Of a stretch of DNA of 64,000 nucleotides, positions 24,614 through 34,870 are shown in pieces; position 1 is the stretch's first letter, and every line of letters begins with the position of its first letter. The notes under the pieces were generated by a model. The model made no database searches and had not been told where the DNA came from. It saw only the letters and a list, made by a program, of their open reading frames with translations. This DNA is from Rhizophagus irregularis (taxonomy: Eukaryota): contig NC_089429.1 of the NCBI RefSeq assembly GCF_026210795.1, positions 2,852,001-2,916,000 on the forward strand, given 5' to 3'. Position numbers and translations under genes: made by a program.

Positions 24614-25030
24614 CATAATATTTCGTAAGCTTCCAGACCCGCCGCAAGTTTGCGTAAGCGTAATATTTTGTAACTTTTTAAAATATTTCGAAATATTACG
24701 ATATGCAAAGCTTCATAATTTTACGATTTGTAATATTCCGTAATTTTGCGGTTCGCAATATTTCGTAATTTTACATAATATTTCGTAAGTTTTCAGACCC
24801 GCCGCAAGTTTGCGTAAGCGTAATATTTTGTAACTTTTTAAAATATTTCGAAATATTACTGTATGCAAGGCTTCATAATTTTACGATTCATAATATTCCG
24901 TAATTTTACTGCATAATACTTCGCAACTTTTTAAAATATTTCAAAATTCTATGATGCGTAATGTTCCATAATTTGACGATTCGTAATATTCTGTGATTTT
25001 ACACAACTTAATATTTCATAATATTTCAAA
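24614..25030. repeat. Left subterminal ~160-bp tandem repeats rich in TTTCGTAA/TTACGA motifs
   Basis: CATAATATTTCGTAAG...CAGACCCGCCGCAAGTTTGCGTAAGCG recurs at 24614 and 24774. Confidence 0.85.
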
Positions 25031-25299
25031 ATATTTCGATAAATAATACTTCATTTTCTGTACTATAAGTTTATATAATGTATGTTTTATTAGATATAAT
25101 CATAAAAAATTACAAGTATTTATTAATATATACAGAATACATAAAAGTAAAAAAAAGAAAGAGTAGAGTAACAATATTATTAGACGTAAAAAAAAGAGAA
25201 ACAGCTATAGTAACGTTAGTATTAGATACAAAGATAAAAGAAATATTGTTATTATTGTTAGTATTAAGGTAAAAAGAGTTAAAGAAACAGTAAAAGGAG

Positions 25300-25690
25300 T
25301 AAAAGAAACATGGATATTATCGTTAGTATTAAAGTACAAGTAAAAAGAAATAAAGGAAACGTAGATAGTATTGTTAGTATTACGACATAAAGTAACAAAG
25401 AGGTAAAAAAAAAACGCGTTAATATTAAAATAATTAGTATTAATAAATAAATATTTCTATACCTGCAAAGTAATTGAACAAAAGAATAAAGAAATAAAGA
25501 GAAAGGAAAAAATAAACATGTTGTTAGTATTGTTAGTATTGTTAGTATCGTTAGTATTAAAGTACAAGTAAAAAGGAATAAAGGAAACATGGATATTATT
25601 GTTAGTATTACGATACAAAATAACAAAGAGGTAAAAAAAAATGAAAATAATTAGTATTAATAAACAAATATTTCTATACCTGCAAAGCAA
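25300..25690. repeat. ~228-bp tandem duplication built from GTTAGTATT-type subrepeats
   Basis: CGTTAGTATTAAAGTACAAGTAAAAAG at 25321 and 25549. Confidence 0.75.
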
Positions 25691-25944
25691 TAAATTATGA
25701 AATATATGTAAATATATTGTATATAATTAAAGAAATAATAGAAAGAAGAGACAAAAAAATTAAAAATATTGAACAAAAGAATAAAGAAATAAGAAACAAA
25801 AATAAATAAGACAAAAACGCGTGCATGATTAAATGATTAAATGATTAAATCACATGCAAGGATCAGCCTAATTTTGATTGGCCAGAAAATATGATATCGT
25901 AAAATTACGGAAATCCGCATTTTAAAAAATCACAGAAATTGTAT

Positions 25945-26145
25945 ATGCACAATTACTAAATATTATCCCCTCGTGATAAATTAAAAATTATCAACACAAA
26001 TTCAACACAAATTTAACAAATTTAACGAAATTTGGCCAAAATTAACAAATTTTTACCAGAATTATCAACACAAATTGAACACAAATTGAACACAAATTTC
26101 AGCCACGATTTATTTATGTCACACCCGTGTTGTTAAGAATTAATA
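25945..26145 (+). repeat. Internal inverted repeat, left arm
   Basis: Reverse complement of ~31857-32070 (CAACACAAATT motifs, ATGTCACACCCGTGTTGTTAA). Confidence 0.9.
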
Positions 26146-26223
26146 ACCATTTTATTTATTAAAACTATATTAATTATGGTAAAAAAAAATGCTATTACGT
26201 GTGATATATATAAAAAATAATAT

Positions 26224-27640
26224 TTATTTCCTATGCAACCCATAATTCTCTAATAAACTATTTACATACCGACCTTCTTCCTCCGTGTTATAAGAGTCAA
26301 TAGAAAGTATATCATCGTCAGCTATGCCATCATTGGCCGCACCATCGTTGGCCGCACCATCGTTGGCCGCATCATCGTTAGCCGCACCATCGTTAGGCCT
26401 ACCATCGTTAGTCACACCATCATCAGCCGCACCTGCTCTATCATCAGCTGCTCTATCACCACCATCATCTACATCATTACCATCATGAGAATCATCGTCC
26501 GAATGTGTAAATTTATTCCTATTTTCCAACTTTTGCTAAAAATCAATAAATAAATAAATAAACTGTAATTCAAATAATTCACATTTTGCAAATTGTAAAT
26601 TAAAAACTTACTAAGTTGTTGATTATCTTCAACTTCATTATACTTTCGCTCATTTGAATGTTTTGATTATTAGGATTTAAGTACGTTTCACATATGCTAA
26701 TCGCATACGCTATTTGTGTTTTTGAGGGATTTTTATTTTCTTTTCGCAACTTATCAATTATCAGCGACATATATGTCGTAGGTTGCCTATCTTTAACCTT
26801 TTTAAATAGGTTGTTGTAACATCTTTTCACCTCCGCCTTACTCTTCCATTCCTGAATCTTTGACGGACTAGCCTGAGTGTTAATAGACGGTAATTTATGC
26901 TCAGTCGCTTCGAAAACAGAATACATAACGTCTTTAACTCTAGATGTGAACGTCCCTCATATGCTTCTATGTTGTTGTACTAACTATTAAAAAAAATGTT
27001 AGTATGAAATTTAATAAAATTCATAATTGCTTTAACTTACAGTCGGGGCAATTTTTTTTTCGAAAAAAATAATCCATTGATTTTTTTTGAACTGGCGCAT
27101 AAATTCCGGATTTTCGTCTTTTAAATATTTTTCGGTAGCGAGTTTGTACTCGTTTTGCGAAGGATAAACAAAATTTTCAAATAAAATTTTCAACACCTTC
27201 TTAACGAGCTCCTAATCAAACGAGGTTAGCATTTCAGGTTTACATTAAATAATATTCATCTTTATTACCTTTACATACTCCGGATCTATTGTATTATTAT
27301 TATTTTTGTTATTATCGTTGAGCTTTTTTTCTATGCTCGAGAGACGGGTTTCGAGATTTTTTTGTCCGGTGATAAGAATTTCAAGTTTAGAAATTATCTG
27401 CGAATTGGTTCTTAATAGTTTTTCTATTGTTTTTTTATTAACTTTAACAATAAAATATAATTTAACTATATATTATATAATTTCTTTTATAAAGAATATG
27501 ATACATATCATGTCATATATACCATCAACGCTATCATCGGATATTCTCACTCGCTTCTCAGCTTCGCTACCCTCAGTACTACGTTTTGAAAATCTTTCAT
27601 TATCGTCAATTCTTCATTTCTCGCCACGCTTTGTAGCCAT
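26224..27640 (-). pseudogene. Multi-exon accessory gene of the CMC element, function unknown
   Basis: Starts MATKRGEK*; exons include ORFs 26600-26926 and 26224-26529; acidic tail with 15-bp (DGAAN) repeats; GT-AG introns visible. Confidence 0.65.
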
Positions 27641-27664
27641 TATGATAATAAATTTGAAATGAAA

Positions 27665-27760
27665 ATATGAGAAAAAGGAGGAAATATATGAGAAAAAAGA
27701 GAAAATATATGAGAAAAAAGAGGAAATATATGAGAAAAAAGAGGAAATATATGAGAAAAA
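27665..27760. repeat. 21-bp minisatellite, ~4 copies
   Basis: GAAATATATGAGAAAAAAGAG repeated upstream of the accessory gene. Confidence 0.8.
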
Positions 27761-28781
27761 GGTGAACTAGAAAATTCGAAAAGGATGAGGAAAAAGGGGA
27801 AATACATGAATAAGAAATTCAGAAAAAGGAGGCAAGCTGTCATAAGGTAATTTCCGCCATTCTATACTAAAAAAGAAAAAAAACTTGCGAAATATTGCGA
27901 AAAATGGATGAACTAATGCGAAATATTACGAAAAATGAATGTACTAATGCAAAAATTTTGCATCGTGATATTACAAAAAAATATTGTAACACTTTCATAA
28001 GAGAACTTTAAAAAAAAATCTCGTAAAAGCATATAGTACAATTGAAATATTAATCAAATCCAATTTATAAAAAAATAACATGTTACACATGTTGGGGCTT
28101 TTATGCATGGAAAAAAAAAGTTGCAGCCAGTAAACTCATTTAGCTGATCAGATTGATAGTGATCTTGAGCGCTTATAACCTGATTATCGCATAAATTTGT
28201 GGCTGATCATCCGTCCATTATTGTAAAAGTGATTTGCCGTGTTAAGCCAATAAATTTGCGGCTGATTATCAGATGATTAGCCGATTGAATAAGCCATCCG
28301 AATTCTTACAGCCCGTTACAGCAAATTCAAAATATGCGAAACACTCAGCACTTTTGCTGTCAGATTCACTTGGCAGGTTGCCGGCAAATTGAAATAGTAA
28401 ATAAAATAATAAACAATATTTATATGGTACATCATAGACTTGTTACATTTATTTTTAGATTTGCTAACCCACGAACTCGGCAAGTTCCCGACAGCAAAAT
28501 TGCTGAGTGTTTCGCATATTTTAAATTTTGCTATAATGCGTAAAATTGCGAATGATTCCGCGATATTAGCCACCAGATTCTTACAGCCAGTTCCATTCAT
28601 TAATGCGTAAATTTGCGTAGTCGTGGCTATTCAAATAACTCAATCAATTGTAATCCATTCAATTAATTCATTAAATTTTTACAATGAATTTGCAATATAA
28701 TTTTATTAGCACACATAATCTCATATAAATTAAATAGTGAATTGATACTTTTCATCAAATTTGACGCGTTAATTTAGTAAC

Positions 28782-31756
28782 ATGAGTTTCAAATGCCCCC
28801 TTTGTATGCGAATATTCAGTCAACACTTTGCATATACTCAACACGCCCAAAAATGCTTAAAAAATGTAGAATTAGAAGTAGAAGATGATGATGATAATAA
28901 TGATAGTGAAAAATATAGCAGTGAAATGGATACAAGAAGTAATCTAAGTAGTGAATATGAAAATGATAAAGTTGAGGTAATTATGTTATTCCAGATTATT
29001 CTTTTTAAAGAAAAAGCTCAAATTATACTAACTCATTTTGGTTTATAATTTTAGGTGGATGATGATAATAATGTACAAAATATGTCATTCGACAGTATTG
29101 GAAGTGCAATATCAGAGATGAGCCTTGAAGATAGTAACTTTGAAAATATATTAGATTCATCTGAAGAGCCTGAAATTTTTGAAGAACCCAAAAATCTCAA
29201 TACCAAAACTTGCACAGAATTTCCTAATGATGCTTATAAATATCTAATGTTATTAGTAACGAAATATAAAACAAACAATAAAGGTGGTAATGAAATAATA
29301 CGTTTTTTTAATAAACATTCAAATCTTACAGAATCACCATTACCAAAAAATATTGAACAGGGACGAGCATTTATGAATAATATGAAGTTTTCTAATTTAG
29401 AATTTAGTAAAGTTCTTATAACAAAACATAAGGATAAAGATTATTTTCTTTATTATCAAAACTTAATACAGTGCATCAAAAATATCTTAACTGTTCCTGA
29501 CATAACACAAAATTTTGCGCTATCTTACGAAAACTATGAGGTAAATAGTAAATATTAGTTAATTCAATAATTTAAATAATATTTATTTTAATTTATTTAT
29601 ATTATTTTATAGTATAATAGAGAAAGTATTTACAGTGAACAAAACACTGGAAAATGGTGGAAAACTACGCAAGAATCCTTACCTACTGGTTCCAAATTAT
29701 TATCAATTATTTTATATTCAGATGCAACAACTACAGATACATTAGGAAAAAGTCAATTGCATCCAATATATATTTCATTAGGCAATATCCCAATATGGCG
29801 TCGTAATAAACAGGATGCAAAGCAACTTTTGGGATATTTACCAATTTTAGAAGCTGCAAATAAAGATCTGGTTCGTGATACCTTTCATAAATCTTTACGT
29901 CATTTACTAGAACCAATTATTTTATTAAAAGATGGTATAGACCTTTTTATAAATAATAAAAATACCTGGTTTTAACCTAGAGTTTCAACTATTATTGCAG
30001 ATTGGCCAGAAGCCGCAAGTTTTTGTTTAGTTTATAAATCCTCCAATTCAAGCCTTCCATGTCACTCCTGTTTAATTAAAAGAGACAATCTTGCAAATAT
30101 AAACTTATCGGTTAATGATGTAATACTAAGAACTCATGATGAAATGCGTAAATATTTTGAAAATGATACACAAAAATCTGTTTGCATAGAATCTGTACCT
30201 AATTTTTTTTGGGATTTGCCGTAAGTATGCAAAAGTAGAAATAATTATAATAACATATATATATATTAATTATAAATATTTATATTATCAAGGAATATAA
30301 ATATCTACTTGGCTACTGTTCCTGACAGAATGCATCATTTAGATTTGGATTTATTTCGTTATCAAATTATCTTCACATGCGATATCTTAAAATTGCAACA
30401 TGTTAATGGTAATAAATTAGTTAAAGAAGTAGATCGCCGTCTAGCAGCAATTCCACGTTTTTCCGCCATTAAAATTTTTTCCAATGGACTGCAGTCAATT
30501 GCAAGATTAACTGCTAATGAATATTGAAGTTTGATGAAAGTCATGATATTTGTTATTGATAATTTATATGATGAAAATAATAACGAAGTAGATAATTTTG
30601 TAAATAATGATGATCTTGTGAAATTGTATGAATATTGGAATGAAATGTATATTTTAAGTAGATATGAAGAATTTAGTGAAAGTGACTTGGAGAAATTTAA
30701 TGTATGTATTAAAATTTTAGTAAAATCGAAAATTTAAATTAAATAAATTAAATTAACATTTAAATTTTATGGATGCAATACATGATGCGTTCGGATGTTT
30801 GTCAAGGCTTTTAAATTTGTTTCTCCTTCCAATTTGAAGTTGCCTAAATTGCATTCATGGGTTTATCACATTATTGACTCAATACGATCTTATGGCGCAA
30901 TAAATGGCTATACCACAGAAACTTACGAAAGTCTCCACAAATATTTTGTTAAAATACCCTACCGAATTAGCAATAAAAAAGATGTCGAACCTCAGCTTTT
31001 ACGAACTGTAAGTATTTGGAAATTTATTTATTGTATATATTTATTATATAACTTAAGATGGAAATTAAATTAATAGATAAAACGTCAAGCAATATCTATT
31101 AGAATGTCTCAACATTCAGTGAATCCGGCAAAAACACCTCGCACTTGTAAATTTTCTGCAAGACTCTTTGATTTCTCTTTACAAGATGCAAATACATTTT
31201 TTAATGAAAAAAAGATTCCGTAGACAATAAAATGCAGACCGGTTTTGCTAGATTTATAAGTTGTCTGGATTCATATCTAGATTTACTTGATGGGTTCACA
31301 ATTATTGGTGAAACCCGAATAAACATATACAGATCGGTAACACTGGAAAATGGTGCCATAATGCGTGCCACAAACAGGTATCATAATAAAGTATGGTTTA
31401 GCGACATAGTTATTTCAATGGATTCTGAAGAATCAAATGATTATATATCAGACAAAGGACTTTGTTATGGACAGGTATTTTTCCAATTTATGTAATAATT
31501 TATTATAAAGTATTAATAAATATTTATTATTTATAGGCCTTATTGTTAGCAGAAGTATTAATGATCTACCGCTAAATCGCGCATTAATTGAATGGTACGA
31601 TTTTAAATCTAAAAGGAACTTATATTTATATGAATGTCCTCGCTTAAAATTGATAGAATTATATAACTTTGTATGTATATCATACATGGTGTCGTTCACA
31701 TAGTACCCCGATTTGATAAACAAAATGAATATTTCGTAAATAAATATATTTTTTAG
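28782..31756 (+). pseudogene. Plavaka-family transposase with N-terminal C2H2 zinc finger, multi-exon, disrupted
   Basis: FKCPLCMRIF..YTQHAQKC; YSDATTTDTLGKSQLHPIYISLGNIP, IADWPEA, PDRMHHLDL, LPKLHSW..I..YGA.NG.TTETYESLHK; several stops and frameshifts. Confidence 0.88.
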
Positions 31757-31856
31757 TCACTTGATATAGGAGTTTTGATTTATTTTAATAAAATTATATC
31801 CTTAAAGAATTTATGGTCACGTTTCCCATATCATAAATAAAATGCAGATTTATTTA

Positions 31857-32070
31857 TTTAATTATTAACAACACGGGTGTGACATAAATAAATCGTGACT
31901 GAAATTTGTGTTCAATTTGTGTTCAATTTGTGTTGATAATTCTGGTAAAAAATTATTAATTTTGGCCAAATTTTGTTAAATTTGTTAAATTTATGTTGAG
32001 TTTGTGTTGAATTTGTGTTGCGTAATTTTTTATTTATCACAAGGGGATGATATTTAGTAATTGCATGTAC
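31857..32070 (-). repeat. Internal inverted repeat, right arm
   Basis: Reverse complement of ~25945-26145. Confidence 0.9.
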
Positions 32071-32591
32071 GACGTACAAGATTTTTTTTTATGATTTTTT
32101 TAAGAAATGTACGCAAAATATTTAATCAGAATATAATTGTTTTATTTTTAAATATGATATATTGATGATTTTTTTTTTTAAAAAAAAAATTGATTTTTTT
32201 AAAATTCAATAGAATGTGCTAATAATAAATTGGTTTATTTTTAAATATAATATATTGATATTTATATTTAAATAACCAAAACATGTACATGATTTTTAAT
32301 TATTTTTAATTGAAATCAAACTTTTTTTAAAAAAAAATTAAAATAAATTAAGTGATTTATATTTATATTTAGAATCATGATATTTATATTTAGATAATCC
32401 ATATCCGCATGAGATTTAATTAATATGTTTAATGATGAAAAGTCTAATAAATTAAATTTTAATTGAAACGAGAAATAAAATCAAACCAAAGAGGTATTGT
32501 TCAAATTTTATTTAAAGTGACATTTTACGACTTTCTTTCAAATTTTTACTCATCCCAAAATCAAATTATAAAAATCAAATCTAATCTAATA

Positions 32592-33216
32592 ATGCCTCAC
32601 CACACACGTCGTCGTTCCCACTATAACGTCCATTGAAACTGGGCTATGATGGACGAACTTGTTGACATACGCCAAGACAGAAACCGCGCCTACCACAATA
32701 TTAACTGGTAGAGCCGCCAAGATTTTTGGGACTCTGTTGCCAATAGGTTCATATGACTAATATCTATAATTTCTTTAAGAAAGAATTTAAATTCAAATTA
32801 ACCAATCCATTTAATTGAATCAGAATAAATAGAATATTTCGAACGAGGGTTTCCGGGCAACAGTGCAGCCAAAAGTGGAGGAACCTCGTCAGGGATTACC
32901 ATGTAAGTAAATAAATAAAATTACATTCATATAAATTAAATGTATTTACCGAATATTCAAACTGATTTTGATATTTAGAACTATGTCCTTTATTGTAATG
33001 GTAACCCTGGGCGGCGGCTGTGGGCGCGTACCAGCGCAAGATATTATCGCGAATTTAGAACGAGATTTTGGGAGAGGCCGGGTAATTATACTATAATAAA
33101 ATTTATAATTAATATTTACGTTCATGTTTTAAATTTGATAAATTTGATCAATTTTAGTCACGCGTGATGATCGTAGGGCAAGGAGAAACTTACCTACATA
33201 TCGTAGAAGAAGATAA
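32592..33216 (+). pseudogene. Small 4-exon Myb/SANT-like (trihelix-type) DNA-binding gene carried by the CMC element
   Basis: Manual splice gives MPHHTRRR..H*NWAMMDELVDIRQDRN..QDFWDSVANRINRIFRTRVSGQQCSQKWRNLVRDYH..YYREFRTRFWERP; stops at 32634 and 32709; absent from the ORF track. Confidence 0.75.
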
Positions 33217-33587
33217 TTATTTTTATTTTTTTATTATTTATTAAGTGAGTAGCTAAGCCCAGTTCGTACTAAATATCGGCTGGAGACTCACGTTTTTTTT
33301 GGGCTGTGACTGATACTGACGTCCACGCCGTACAGCCTGGGTACTATTTTATAAAATAGTAGCGAACAAGTATCAAATGTGTATTTTTTTTATTAAGTTA
33401 TAATAAAAATTAGAATTTACTTTAATTTTTAACATAAAAATTTTAAATAATAAAAAATTCGTAAATAAAAATAAATTTGCTTTCCCAAACTTAAAAAAAA
33501 AGGTGTTTATATAAAAGAAAAGGTGTTTATATTATTTTTGATTATTCAATAGTATCACATGCCTCTTGTATACGTTCTACTGCATAT

Positions 33588-34090
33588 GCAGTTTACAATC
33601 TCGTAAATTTTCGAAATATTTCAACCGTAATATTACGCAGGTTTACAGTTTCGTAAATTTTTGAAATATTTTAACCGTAATATTACGCAGGTTTACAGTT
33701 TCGTAAATTTTTGAAATATTTTAACCGTAATATTACGCAGGTTTACAGTTTCGTAAATTTTCAAAATATTTCAACCGTAATATTACGCAGGTTTACAGTT
33801 TCGTAAATTTTCGAAATATTTTAACCGTAATATTACGCAGGTTTACAGTTTCGTAAATTTTCAAAATATTTCAACCGTAATATTACGCAGGTTTACAGTT
33901 TCGTAAATTTTCGAAATATTTTAACCGTAATATTACGCAGGTTTACAGTTTCGTAAATTTTCAAAATATTTCAACCGTAATATTACGCAGGTTTACAGTT
34001 TCGTAAATTTTCGAAATATTTCAACCGTAATATTACGCAGGTTTACAGTTTCGTAAATTTGCAAAATATTTTGACCGTAATATTGCGTAA
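33588..34090. repeat. 50-bp tandem array, ~10 near-identical copies (right subterminal region)
   Basis: Unit CGTAATATTACGCAGGTTTACAGTTTCGTAAATTTTYRAAATATTTYAAC, no spacers. Confidence 0.95.
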
Positions 34091-34264
34091 ATCTTACGAT
34101 ATTGAAAACTTATGTAATATTTTAACCGTAATATCACATAAATCTTACGAAATTGTAAACTTACGTAATATTTTGAAATTTTTCGAAATATTATACCATA
34201 AACTTTTGTAAACTTACAAAATCGTAAACTTACGCAATTTTTCGCGCTATAAAATTTCCTGATG

Positions 34265-34803
34265 AATGTATTGAAGTAAAATATCAACTTTATGACTTGC
34301 CAATTGTTATTAGACTCGCCTTCATTACCAGATTTACGCTTATTATTAGATTTCTTTTTGTAGTTACCATCCTAAATTAATTTTAATTAAAATAAAATAA
34401 ATTACAACTAAAAAATTAATAAAGTACTTTTACTCACTGTTAATTCTTTTTCGTCTTTAATCTTTTCTTTTTCTTGTTGATAATTAATTTCTACATCAGA
34501 AACTTTATCATTAACAACATTTTCTTTTTGATATCTTTGTAACTCTGCAGATTCTCTCTCAAAATAGTTAGGCCCAGAAAAGCTTTGGCCAAAACTGCTT
34601 CCATTTTGTATATAAAAACTAGGAGCAACATAACTTTGTCTTGTTAGTAAGGGATTTTGGTATAAATCCACATTACTTTGTTCACAAATCCCAGTAGAAG
34701 GCGAAGGGTATAAATTTCTAGGCTTAATAGGCCTTAGTAACTTGTTATTTTTATATGAAATATTTACTTGAGGGTTGTTTAAAGGATCTTTCGGAAATTC
34801 CAT
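34265..34803 (-). pseudogene. 5' part of the Harbinger Myb/SANT-like partner gene
   Basis: ORF 34408-34803, then a GT-AG intron (~34372-34437) and an exon running into the CMC junction. Confidence 0.75.
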
Positions 34804-34870
34804 TGGTAGAGAGGAAATAAGAAAGAAAAAACACGTCTAGTATACGTTTTTACGCGTACTTTACCCTTAT

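Larger units (their letters stand above)
24569..34264 (+). mobile_element. CMC/EnSpm-like (Plavaka transposase) element, 9.7 kb
   Basis: TIR CATCAGGAAATTATATAGTGCGAAAAGTTGCG / CGCAATTTTTCGCGCTATAAAATTTCCTGATG; 2-bp TSD AA; repetitive subterminal regions; removal restores the host reading frame. Confidence 0.9.

Noticed and set aside
25279..25690. Hydrophobic ORFs resembling membrane proteins
   Set aside because: Artefact of the A-rich tandem duplication read on the T-rich strand.
33588..34090. CRISPR-like regular array
   Set aside because: Units are head-to-tail with no unique spacers, there are no cas genes, and the context is a eukaryotic TE subterminus.
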